A stretch of 62,367 nt of DNA, counting the filler, from Sphacelaria rigidula (lineage: Eukaryota): NCBI GenBank assembly GCA_964200075.2. It is 9 parts of 9 records of this genome, joined end to end, with 100 filler letters (N's around TTAATTAATTAA, not from the genome) between each part and the next. Parts side by side here need not be neighbours in the genome. Positions count along the whole stretch, not along the records: positions 48,589 to 55,428 come from CAXNAA020017821.1; positions 55,529 to 62,367 come from CAXNAA020017822.1; 7 more parts are not named here. The stretch is one strand, 5' to 3'. The position numbers and the translations under genes are program-made. Below the pieces are notes generated by a model. It was not told where the DNA came from. It searched no databases and saw only the letters and a list, made by a program, of their open reading frames with translations. Positions 50,731-62,367 of the stretch are shown here, one piece after another. Position 1 is the stretch's first letter; each line of letters begins with the position of its first letter.

Positions 50731-52099
50731 AGCTCAAGCTTGTGGCGTGGGTGCAATGGGTTCATGAGTGTCGGGTCAAGGTCCCCATGCAGGCAAGATC
50801 CCGCGAAAACCCCCCTACATAAAACTCCCATGGTGACAAATTATTTCGTGTCAACACTGGGATGATCACTCTAGCCTAGTGCTGAGTACTCCGAACTTTG
50901 ATTGGCGATTTCCTACCGAAACGAATCGGGCTTGGAGATCACGTCTTGCAGATCCCCCAAATGCTGAGAAAAGCTGTGTCCCCAATATTATGTTGCTGCC
51001 CCAACGTCTATCCGCTATAGGGTACCTGCTAGCCGAGGTATCCACAGGATGTAAATCCCCTTTTGAGTTGAGCATAGGTGTCCTAATGTGGCTCATGACT
51101 GCAGGGAACCCTCGCTTCCTGTAGCTCGACGAGCTGGAGATAGACCTCTCCTAGTAATCCGGTCGGTGCGCCACGTGCTGCCATCGCAACGAACGGCTCT
51201 TGAGAACCCCCCAACAGCAGGCGATGACGGTACGCCTGAGGTTTAGGATGTGCCGTCGAGTGCTTCTACGGTAGGGGTGCACATCTTAGTCCAAAAGTTT
51301 CCTCAGGCTGCACACTAAGGCCCAAATGTTTGTAGTGGAGAGGTTTCCAAAGCGCAGAGCGCCAGAAAAGAAATTTGCATCCCTACCGTGGTGTCACGCC
51401 GATACCGTATTTTGTCCCCCAGTTTTTTTCCTGAGCCAGCACCAGCAAAGCGATCGGGGCAGACCGTGTTGAGCCACTGTCCACCCCACATGCTGTCGGC
51501 TTGTTGCCCTGCTCGTATACGGATTCGCCATTGGCCACCTCACAGCAATGCAGACTGGGACATGCATCTGACGATACGTCCCCTATTTTTCCGCCTTTCG
51601 ACGTTGGCAAAGCGTCTGTCAGTACTTCCGTCAAGTTCATGCTTATTCACAAAACGTGTGTTTAGTCAGCAAGCGCAGATTCTGATTATAAATTCTCTAG
51701 AACCACATCCCCTGGCGAAAAAGTGTCTCCTCCGCACCCCAGGACACATAGTTCGTACATCCGATATCTGCTGTCGGGCTGCGTGCGATCGCTCCTTCTC
51801 TGAGGATCGCGTCCCGCACCGCTTCTAGGACAGCAGCCACCCCCAACAACCCCACCCTCATGGGGGCTTACGAAATACATCGACCCGATCCCGAAATAAT
51901 GGATATAACTCACGGCCAGTACGCACGTTCCATGTGTCCACAAGATCACCCCGGAGTACGTCTCAACACCATTGTTCGGGAGGTACAGAGAAAACGCAAA
52001 GATCCTCTGCCAGTATGTGTACCGGATCTCACGAGTGTTGTTGCCACCTTTGACGATGCGTCAATCACGACTATAGAGTTTTATGTACACAGCGTGTCC

Positions 52100-54660
52100 T
52101 GTGCAAGCCGACAACTCACGGCAATGGTATCACCGGACTCAGACTAACCGCTGACCTCCATTACTACCAGCTGATGGCAAGAGATGCTCCGCTTCGGCGT
52201 GGCAGATGAGAAATATCCGTCCTGCGTCCCACCCCGAACCTTCGGCGGTAATGGACCCGGTACTGCCTTGAGTGCCGCACAGGCTGTGAGATTGAATGTC
52301 GAATTTTATAACTCGACAAAACCCACAGCTAGGTGTTCCGCTTGGACCATAATTGTCCCGAACAACGCCATGATGTTCGATACTTTGTTACGAAGAGATG
52401 GCTGGCTATGATTTTCGACACATAGATATATCACCGACTCGCCGTCATCACATGCACTCACGACGGGCAAACTATGGCTAGGTCATTTTGAGTACTAAAC
52501 TGGTACAGAGGCGTTTATGTGCGACCCCTCGAAAACACAGACTGATTTGAAACTGTACCATGTTGACGAGGACATCGCATCACTTTCGCCCAAACTCCAA
52601 TCGCCAGAAGTGAATCTACTACGACAAAACGACCTGCCGGCACTAACGGGACAGTGCCTGGTTGACTTGCTAACTCGCCAAAGTTGAATATTTGGACAAG
52701 CAAGTGTACTTGAGAAGGAAGGACGACATGAATGTTTCTCACGTCCCCGAAGGGTGTTGCTGTAGTGGCCAACCAGTTGTTGGGATGTGCTACAGCACCC
52801 CTCCTGAGTACACCTCTGCCTGATATATACCCCCGTACTAGTCCTACCGCCTCCAATGACCTCGAGCAATAGGCCGAGCTCGACGATGCATAGAAGATTT
52901 CAGATCCTATTTGTTGTGACCTCGTCGGAAGAAGGCGCGGGGCCCGAAATTTCCGAAAACTTGTTGGACAAGGTAAAACCTGAGAAGCGGCTAAGGGTTT
53001 CACGCTTATGGAACGACATTTACCTGCACCTACACCACATCACCTTCAACCTCGACGGTGACGGTTGAGCTGTCTCAGTAATCGACAAACTCAGTCATGT
53101 ACTAATGCGATATGCTAAGCGCTTCTCCACCTCACCTTTGAATTTGGGCCGATGTGCCATGGTGCCATCAGATACCAGCGTGTCGGAAGGAGCACCACCG
53201 ATCGCGACGCGTCCGAATCGCGCGAACCCGCTGCTTGCTAGTAAATTACAAGTAATCCTTGGTAGTTGCGTAGCCGCGGGGATATTCCGATAATCGACAT
53301 GCCCATAGACCTCCTCTCGAGTGGGCTTTTGGAAGAATAACAGTAAGATGCGACTCACTGTCAACTATCAACGTTCGAACACATTGGGGACGATTGCCCG
53401 CCTCTCGATTTCCAGTTTGACAAAACCATCGACTCTTTTGGTCAGGGTGAATAATTTCCTACTTTTGAATGTAATCGGGATACCATCAATTGGTGGTGGA
53501 CCTCGACTCCATAAAGATGACGGCTTCCTGCACCCCGTCTGAATTGTATGAGTGATACTTTGCACCACAAGGCGAGTCCGGTGCGCCCGGTGCTTTTCAA
53601 CGAAGCATGGTTGACGTCGCCGATGGGTTTCCCAACTGCTAGATATTCTTGGATGATGCCGTGATACATGATCTCAATCCCAGGGGGCACGAAGCGCAAC
53701 CGGCGACCATTTTGGCCGATTCGAGCAACATAATCCAAACCGTTTTCTGGCCAAATCACAGATTGGTGCCACGACTATCACATTTCTGGGGCACTTCATT
53801 ACTCCTGTGGCTCACAGCCCAAGTTTTGACAACAGTTCAGCACTTGCCAACATGCCCATGCACAATGATATTCCGCGTTGTGCTCCCTGCTGGGCTGATT
53901 AAGCCTGTATTGCCACTATATGCGGAACCTCGCCGTTGCACTAGAACCCCTTACACTCTCCTCAAGAGGGGTGTGACGTCTGTTTTACACCAGCTATAGA
54001 AAGGACGTTGTAAGGCGTGAGCGGACGGCGTGCTTTTTGAACCTCGTCGGAATTCAAAACATCCTGGGACCGACGGTTTTCAAGGCCACTCGGGCCAGTC
54101 CCTGCAGCAACCGCGCCCTTAACCTTAACCTGAACCTTAACCTTAAGCCTAACCCTAACCGTGGCTGTACTCATGATCTTGCATGCCGTAGTCATCTCAC
54201 CCTTGACCTCGCATCCCTACAAAGCCGGGACAGAGCACGCCGGGTTTTCGCCAGACCGACTCGCGCTCGCTCACCAAGCGCGAAGCGCCGTGGTGTGTTT
54301 GGCGAGTCGCATAAAGGGTGAGCTGCACCCTGCTAGGATCGTTCGGCCCGAAGCCTACCGATGATCTTGTATCTGGAGGACAGCCTCTGATGAGTTGCTT
54401 CATTTTCTGGTATCACCTCTTCCAGAGACAGCCACGGCGTATACACTGCCTCATGGGTGTCTCACCACAACCCTAACCATGGGTGTGTTTAAGCTACGAT
54501 GCGGTCCAAAAAGCACGCGGTCCGGTCACGTATTACAACAGCTATCGAGTCCACCGGTCCTTGTGTATCCAGACTGGGACGCTGCTAGGGATGGCTCACG
54601 CCCCTTCCGCCTGCACATCGATGCTTGTAAAATTGGATTTGGTTGTACCCTAGGAGGATA
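52100..54660 (+). mobile_element. Ty3/Gypsy pol remnant (protease region, RT, start of RNase H), interrupted at 54009-54537
   Basis: PIATRPNRANP..AAGIF..MRLTVNYQ; GAPGAFQRSM; LDDAVI; FLGH; LSSPPVLVYPDW..PFRLHIDACKIGFGCTL. Confidence 0.85.
54009..54537. mobile_element. Family M-tel copy split by a family-G element (about 54163-54440)
   Basis: Left TIR plus CCTAAC core, then family G, then CCTAAC plus right TIR ..GCACGCGGTCCGGTCACGTATTACA. Confidence 0.8.
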
Positions 54661-54699
54661 TATTCCGGGAATATAAAGACAAACTCCGGGTGGTCCTCT

Positions 54700-55140
54700 C
54701 CCTCCGCCATGATGCGGCCGCAGAAATCCTGCAGGGGCGGCAGAGACCCGAATCCAGCATTTTTAAAGATGACCAACCACCCTGCAGCACGACAGCTTCA
54801 GTGGCGCGGGATCGTGCCAACAATCACCTGTTTAGTATCCTGTTTTTCAGCTCGGAAAAATCCGCAAACAATACCGTCAGACGTCATATGAGGGAAACCC
54901 AACAGGATGGGATCGGGAACGGATACGCAGCGTGGGCAGCGCTGCACAACAAATGTGAAGGCAACAGCAAAGAAACACGGAGGGAGTTTCATGATAAACT
55001 TCACACTAAAATGATGCAGTCCGGAGATGATTCGGAAGACTTTCTGTTTGTCATGGACGGCTACCGCGACCGCCTACAGGAAATGGGGCAATCTATCCCC
55101 GACGGACGATACGAGGGCATTATCCTCCGAGCCCTGCCTA
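54700..55140 (+). mobile_element. Copia gag (UBN2/Retrotran_gag-like) fragment
   Basis: GNGYAAWAALHNK..KLHTKMMQSGDDSEDFLFVMDGYRDRLQEMG..IILRALP. Confidence 0.75.
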
Positions 55141-58100
55141 ATAGAAAGCCTCATGCACCGGGTGCGTTGCCGGGGAAGTTGTAGGCCTGCCGTGGCCAGT
55201 TGAGACCAGGTATCGTTCATGTAATTAATTTACCCATTTTTGCCCACTCTCACACACATAACACACAGCGGCTGAAAACACCGGTGAATCAGAACTGACA
55301 CACAACACCACCGCATGAAGTGGGGTACTCATTCCTGGGAAAAACGCTCATACAAAATGTTCGATTCTGTGTTCGAGAAGAATCGAGCTTTTGTGCAGAA
55401 GCGGATAGGAATTTTCCAGATCTGGATTNNNNNNNNNNNNNNNNNNNNNNNNNNNNNNNNNNNNNNNNNNNNTTAATTAATTAANNNNNNNNNNNNNNNN
55501 NNNNNNNNNNNNNNNNNNNNNNNNNNNNCCGATCATAGCTAGCTTTCGTTGCTACGGTACTTACTCCCGGCCGAAGTTCGAAACGGGTATGAAAGCTGAA
55601 CAGTTGATTTTTCTCAACTTTATCCACCCAATTCGAACGACTCTCAGGACCTGAGGGAGGATGGCTTCCCTGTCCCCCCGCCAGGTAATAATGAAGGACG
55701 ATAGGGGCAAACAACTTCCCCCTAAGCCTCTGCACTTTTGAGAACTTCTCGATCACAAACATCTGGACTTTAGGCCGGATGTTATGGCCCACGAATATAG
55801 GAAGGCATTCCAAGGTGACAACATCCGCCTAGCCCTCTTCTAGGGCGCGAAACGCGACGCAGAAGGGCAAAAAAAAGGCATCAGTAGCGGCCTTAGAGAA
55901 AGGGCTCTCCTACAACGCAAACCTGAGACATCTTCCGTGCAACCCTACCGTGTCATGACTAGGGGTGATCGATACAAGTAAATGTCACACTCGACCCATT
56001 GGTCGCCGGAGTTGGCCACCGATGAATCAGCATCATTCGCACTGGAAAACTGAAGAGAACACCCAAATGCCCCACCCCGGCAATCGAAAGGTTGATCTTG
56101 TTTGTTGAGTCACTGAGTGGTTTGCCAAAGTAACACACCTCGGATCATCCCCATTTCTCATCTAGTCAGCTTGTGAATCGCATGAATGCTGTGCTACTCG
56201 AAGTTGCGGAAGAGTTGATTAATAATATGAGAAAAGCCAACCAATTGCTGCTCTCTGCAGACAACATGGGCGACTCACTCACTCACGGTATCCGTCAACC
56301 AAGTATGATGAGAGGTCATCAATACAAACGGACCCAGTTTTTTTGCTGGATTGACGGATGATGACGTCGAATTGAATTTGCTCCAGTTTGTTCGAACACT
56401 AGACAACATTGGAGGCGTAATGTCTCGTTATTATCGGTCAGGGCTTGCTTCAATGAAGCGACGCTTGCTCAGAGTGCTTTGATGAATTCGTTCGGGTGAA
56501 AACTCCCGCAGATGAAACTACGAAATGAGATTCACAAGGTCCGATCTAATCACGGCTGAGAATCTGATTCTTACCAAGGACGTGATTTTTTTGTGAAGAA
56601 CAAGTTTCGTTCTCCACGGACACCCCGTGATAATTTACCCCACGCGGTGGCAAGTGTTCACAATTCGTGGAGATATTACAGTGCGGCAAAACAGTCACCG
56701 CCGTCGACCTCCGGTTGATTCGTTGGCGATGGGGTACCTCACATCGATCATTGTCGAAAGCTTCGCTCAGAGCACCAGCAAGGGCACTGCCAGCTAGTTC
56801 TCGACAAGAACACGTGAAGGGTACGGTGGTTCTCAGCGAGTGATAAAAAAAGAGTTGGGAAAAGAAGAAAATATGATATGGGCTCAAACAATATCACTAG
56901 ATTTCCCGTAGCATCAAGAAATATTGCTACAATTTCTGAGGAACGCACAGTTTTGCACAGATACAATACCAGAGCAGACTGCCCTCTCGTACAGCAATGT
57001 CACAACCCGCAGCGCGCACACGGCCAAGCGTATCTACCAAGCCTAGGCACCTTTTCCGATAAAAGGGGAATGTGTGGCGTACAGCCTTGCGGTCCTGGCC
57101 CTTTCTTCAAAAGGGTGAACCGAATAACGAACGCCTGTTGCTTCCGCGATACATCGGGGGGTAGCGATCTCTCATCCATGCAGTACGTCCTCATCACGAG
57201 AATTATGACAGTCCAAACCTACAGACTATGTACAGGATTCATGCAGACACATGCACTACGCCACCCCTACAAATTGTCGAAATACAGTACCAAACGTGAA
57301 ACATGCCGTACCACAAGATGACTACAATGCTAAACAGGTAAAAACCAACCTTCCGTTCATGAGCATATCTTACGCTCCCAACTCATTCCCCCCCCCTGTG
57401 TAGCCCTTGCGAGTACGACCACGAGTAAATATCAACCACTACAGTTTTGAACCACATGCAACGAAGCACTCCATATGAAAAAAAAACTAGCAGGGAATTG
57501 GTTCTCTTCACCATTTCACCGACTACCGACTCTTTCCCACTTTCATCAGCGAGCACTCGCTCTTCCTCATTCAACAATCTTGCTGGAAGCAGCTGCTGCA
57601 AAATTTCGGCCCACTGGAAAACCCACATCCACCAGCCAGCCACGGCGCACAAACACGCATGAAAAAGGATACGCGACAAACACTACTCAGGCACAACAAA
57701 CACCGACTGTCGGGCAACCAAAAAAAATCCGGCGATTTTTTCCCTACTTTGATTAGGTGTCACCAACACGCTGTTCGACTACGTTGTAAGGCCTCAAACT
57801 CGCGTCCATCACCATCATAGGCCGCCGAAAAACAAAGAGCACCATAGATTACTATAATACCATGTCATACATTGACCTCGCTTGCAAGATACATCGCGAG
57901 ACATGTGGAGAGTGCCGGCTTTAAGAATATCTAAATCCATATGGTACAACAAAATACGACTTAAAATACCACCAATAATCCTCTTGGGAGCGACACTGCA
58001 ACCTACGATCGCTGAGTGTAATTGTTCCCACTACTGTTTCGCAAGACTCTTTCAACATCTTCTGCAAGTAACCCGTCAAATCTAACGACTACAGCGATGA

Positions 58101-58319
58101 TAAATACCAAAATTTGACCCTTCGAACTCCATGGCGATAATCTTATCCCCTTTTCAAGTGAAAAATGAAGCAAACCCACCCGATCTCGCGGTTAAAGGGT
58201 CAAGTCGACCGCAAAGAAGGCGAGGAAGACATGAAAAATCAAAGAATACCGTTTGCTATCAAGCGTAGGGGTGGCACAACACCCCACTGGCGTAGCCGTG
58301 GTTTCCAAGCAGTAAAATT

Positions 58320-58497
58320 CTAGTAATCCATGGAATACAGGTGTACATTCAAGCCATGCTCCACGTAGAACTCCGCGAGAGAACCTTCTGAGTACTCCCG
58401 GTGGGGCGCGGGCGGGGGCGGTGCGGCTGCTCGTGCGTTTACGGGCGTGCCGTCTGCCCCCAGGTGCGCGTACAAACACGAACTGCCGAATGGACAC
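58320..58497 (-). CDS. Makorin-like protein, terminal exon: CPFGSSCLYAHLGADGTPV...SMDY*
   Basis: cag| acceptor is phase-compatible with the previous exon; completes the C-terminal CCCH finger (CPFG..C.Y.H); TAG stop. Confidence 0.85.
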
Positions 58498-59059
58498 CTG
58501 TCACAATGGGGAAAGGGTAGGCGTTGCTTATTGAGGACGTGCCATAATTCTGGTCAAATGGGGGTAGATGTGGGAATCACCACACACCACATGGAAGTAC
58601 AAATTCCCAAGAGTCTGTCAAGGAATCACCTTTTCACATTGGCGACACCATGAGATAGCTCGTACGCTTCACGAACAGAAGGTCCCGGGTTCGAGTCCCA
58701 GATACCACCAAAATGGTGGGTGTACTCACGATCATGCATGCCATAGCCATAACATCATTATGGTGGGATGGTGGGAGGCGAAAAAGAAGATACCCTCTGC
58801 AGCAAAGTTCAAACCTCACGGAAAATCTCCTGCGGCGATTGTTGGTTTGGTGTCCCAACACATTTAGAAGACATGTGAATTACAAGGCAAAAGCCCAACC
58901 GCTGGCCGACGTTAAAGGGTATCCCTACGAAACATCCCTTTCGAGACGGAGCCGGGGGGGGGGGGGGGGGGGGAGCACAGGTTTGGTTCTTTGCCGGTTA
59001 CTTTGGTCACCGGCCCCGATTGGGGGAGAGAAAATCAGTCAGTGAGGTGNNNNNNNNNN

Positions 59060-59118
59060 CGTCCTCATTTGTTGCTTGCCTTGGTCATTTGACCACGCAT
59101 CCCTTTCGAGACGGAGAC
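59060..59118 (-). mobile_element. LINE family L-A 3' end
   Basis: Reverse complement of CTCGAAAGGGATGCGTGGTCAA..GGCAAGCAACAAATGAG. Confidence 0.75.
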
Positions 59119-60262
59119 AACCTTCGTAGACGTGGATCAAAACATGGGCGACGGTTTCCTATCAACCATAGTCGACTCACAAGATTGTTACATGGTGACT
59201 AACTTCGTTAGGCACATCACCGCTTGTATTGCATCCCGTCCCATTCAATGCACTACGCAATCGCTCACACGCTGACACAAGTCTTCCACAACGCGTGTCA
59301 CCGCTAACACACAATGCTATCATTCTATGCACTCAATAGATGTCAAGATATTGGTACGAACCTTCGACATGCGGGTCGCCGCTCCATAGACATATATGAA
59401 GCTCCTTCCACGGTAGTAACTTGAGTTACTTCATGACACAAATGCACCACCGGAGTCGGTACAAAGGAACTCGTATACTTGATATATGGTGGTGTGTTTT
59501 CTGATTGCCCCTTCCCCCCAAATGGCCGGAGACAAACTTGTCGCCCCAAGGAAAAGGTATAGCTTGGCACGACAAAAAGATACCTGATCTTCTTGTACAC
59601 CGTAGTGGGTATGACGTCAAAAATTGTGTCGGCAAGAAGATTCGTCCAATATTCTCACGTCAATTGGAGTTAACGGCAATTTTGGGGATGGCTTTTACAG
59701 AAGGGAGCTTCGAGGGTAGGCTCGTGATCACCCCCGGGGATCTACGGAGAACCGCAGGTACCATTGTAACGGGTACAAACATGAATCGTGTTGTACCCGA
59801 GTAAGGCATGGAAAATCCAGACAACGATGAAATTTGACAAAATCAATTGACTGGCACGAAAGACAACAGCGACCACCGCGCCATCTTGCAATGATGCAGA
59901 AGTCGGGCGTCACACTTTATCCGTGCGTGCGCTTGTATCGATATTTTGCATGTACACTTCGAGTCCCACCTTGGTGCGTTCGATTGGTTCGCACGTGCGC
60001 GGTCGCACTCAAGAGTGCTCAAGGTTGTAATGCGGACATCCCCAAAGTCCACAGTATTTTTCAAGCAATTGCGCCTGACCCGAGCGACGTTTGGTCCAAG
60101 GCCCAATTTGGGCGTTGCACTACACCGCACTCAAGTGGGACCCTCATCTGCAGCTAGTGATTGACGTAAATGGTGTGAAGTCCATCTTGCCTTGGACTAC
60201 ACCGCACTCTCGTGAGACCCCCTAATCGTGGCTATACGGAGATACGTCAAGAGACAACTCAC

Positions 60263-60423
60263 GATGGGTCGCCGAACCGAAAATGCTGGCAAGGGATCTT
60301 GGACAACGACTCCTTGTACTCTGACAGCAGGCGGTCTTTCCGCGCAGCGTCAGTCACCAGCTTCGCACAAGGAATCACATATTCAGACGGCACGCGGCAC
60401 TGCGGACACTCCTTGTCTAGGCT
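60263..60423 (-). CDS. Makorin-like RING/CCCH E3 ligase exon: SLDKECPQCRVPSEYVIPCAKLVTDAARKDRLLSEYKESLSKIPCQHFRFGDP
   Basis: cag| acceptor and |gtgagt donor; matches makorin CP.CR..S..VIP....K..L...YK..LS.IPC..F. Confidence 0.85.
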
Positions 60424-60444
60424 CTGCCGCGGAGCGCGAGATGA

Positions 60445-60485
60445 CACACACGCACAGACACACACACACACACGCGCGCGCGCGC

Positions 60486-60526
<41 letters not shown>
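60445..60526. repeat. Compound microsatellite (CA)n-(CG)n-(GAC)n next to the makorin acceptor
   Basis: Directly visible tandem units. Confidence 0.9.
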
Positions 60527-60529
<3 letters not shown>

Positions 60530-62367
60530 GAGTTTATAAGAGAGATGCGGTTAGTTTTTTTCATAGTGATTGTTTCAAAATAGCAACCCACTTTGATGTT
60601 CGATCAATTCCGGGGGGGGTTAGCAACGTGAATATTCAGGTTTTCCAACAGCCGAGTATTTCAGTAAGCCAGGTTGCACAGCGACGCATCGCCGTATGAA
60701 GAACTCAGTCGGAATACAAGGGATATCAATGGATGTAGACGTAACATGCGCGTGGCAGAGGCGCCGTTCCCAGAGTACATCGAAAATGTGTATTTTGAGG
60801 TGTCGAATGTCAATGAAGGGGGGATGGGGGTGGGGGAACGCGGGGCTAGCAGGGATGCTCATGCTCATCATCTGTCAGCCCACATCCATTAATCCTCTCA
60901 GTCTGGGTCAAGAGCCGCCGAGCCATTTTTCAACTTTCGTACTTGTATATCTGGGGCAGGATTCAGAGTGTAATATTCGATACTGTTGGCTGCAGCTCTG
61001 GGGCATGCTCATGGGTGAAATCCTGCCCCCGTGTTGTTTACTTCCGATTTTCGGCTTTGGAGTAAAAACTTAAATAGGCCAATCGAAATTGGACAGATTG
61101 AAGTGGGCACGCACACGTCCACCATAAACGACCACAAAAGTTACAGGGAGGATTCAAAGAGGCTGGTAATTTTGTACGCCGCCATAAGGGCTTTCAAATC
61201 TCTTCGAAACCTCAACTGTTGACATGGTACCATCGATCATGTCGCAAAAACAGCACAGCGGGGTGGCTTTTGTTGTCGTAAAGATGTACTCTGCCATGTC
61301 TGTACAGACAGAGTGACAACACGAAGTTAGAACTCGTTGAAAGTCCACGTGTGAGAAAAAATCCGTCTGGGTACTTCATCACATATTTCGATGGGTCACA
61401 GCCCATAAACGCTTCTACAGGAGAACAAACACTACGTACCCGCTTCCGTGCATTCTACAATACTCGGAGTTTTGGGAATTCTAAAAGACGTCGATCACAT
61501 ACACACCAGCATCACCCATCCTATGATCAAAAATCTCGTTCTGAGCGATGGACGAAGAAGCGTGGGACGTCTTGGCTTTGCGCACAAAGATATGACGGAG
61601 CCATTTAAATTCACTTCTCCCGCACACGCAAATCCCAAGTTCTAGATGCATGTCGCACTCTGTCCGCGTTACTACAAAATAACAGCGTGCGTGACCATTA
61701 AAGAGAACAGGGAAGTATCAACAACAGACTCAGCGACAGACTACGGGAGCTTTCTTTCACTGGAAACTACCTCGTAGCGAACTTTCCCTTGGCCCAAGCT
61801 CGAAGACACAATCCCAGGCAAAGCGGATCTCGATGGCCACAGCACGGACTCTCCAGCGGTGCTGTCTGTACTCTTATCTTTGGTGTGTGAAGTGCGATTT
61901 TTATCCACAACGCCCCCCCCCCCCCGCGGGGGGAGCAGAAAAAGAAGCCACGCGATGAAATGGGTGATACAAAAAACAAGTAAAAAGTAGGATACCAGAA
62001 AATGAAGCATCTCATTCGAGGTCGTCATCCAAATGCAAAGTCATCATCAGTGGGCTTCGGGCCGAACGATCTTTGCAGGATGCAACTCACTCTTCACGCG
62101 ACTCGCCGAACAAACACACCACGGCGCTTCGCGCTTGGTGATTGAGTGCGAGCCTGGTCCGGCGAGAACCCGGCGTGCTCCGTCCCGGCTTTGTAGGGGC
62201 GGACCCCCGATGGGGTTGGCGCTATAAAACACGCCACTCACTGCGTAAGCTAGGCGACCAAGTTACCAATTGTTTTGCGCACTTGCGTTTTTTTCCCCGG
62301 TAACCATGATGGTGGCCGAGCTAGATCATGTTGTGCGGCGTGGGAGAACCTCAACTCCGCACAATGG

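Noticed and set aside
54380..54420. CTGATGAG as a possible hammerhead ribozyme core in family G
   Set aside because: No stem II plus GAAA follows, and other copies read CAA[C/T]GAG at this position.
55600..57680. Possible multi-exon minus-strand gene (several short open segments with splice-like ends)
   Set aside because: No recognisable motif and no consistent exon chain could be built.
1..62367. Functional cluster of GT13, fibrillin, BEACH, Derlin and makorin genes
   Set aside because: Each lies on a different concatenated scaffold, so co-occurrence is an artefact.

Overview
Eukaryotic, intron-rich and transposon-rich DNA, most consistent with a brown alga or related ochrophyte (inferred from a bipartite plastid presequence, an LRGG-Derlin and the retroelement types). 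The window is not one locus. It is nine apparently unrelated scaffolds of 6,839-6,842 bp in decreasing-size order, joined by eight artificial 100-bp linkers (N44-TTAATTAATTAA-N44). Nearly all listed six-frame ORFs are noise. Reading GT-AG exons by eye recovers partial genes for a GT13 GlcNAc-transferase (GnT-I/POMGNT1-like), a plastid PAP/fibrillin, a BEACH-family (neurobeachin/NBEAL-like) protein, an EEGEI-motif RGG-rich protein, a Derlin with an LRGG extension (probable SELMA component) and a makorin-like RING/CCCH protein. The rest is decayed Gypsy, Copia and LINE coding fragments, tRNA-derived SINE-like repeats, and several MITE/TIR families, some nested and some with clean target-site duplications. 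No CRISPR array, rRNA or intact tRNA gene was seen. I found no convincing novel multi-gene system; the best leads are unusual mobile-element architectures and a few protein motifs. All homology calls come from remembered motifs, not database searches.
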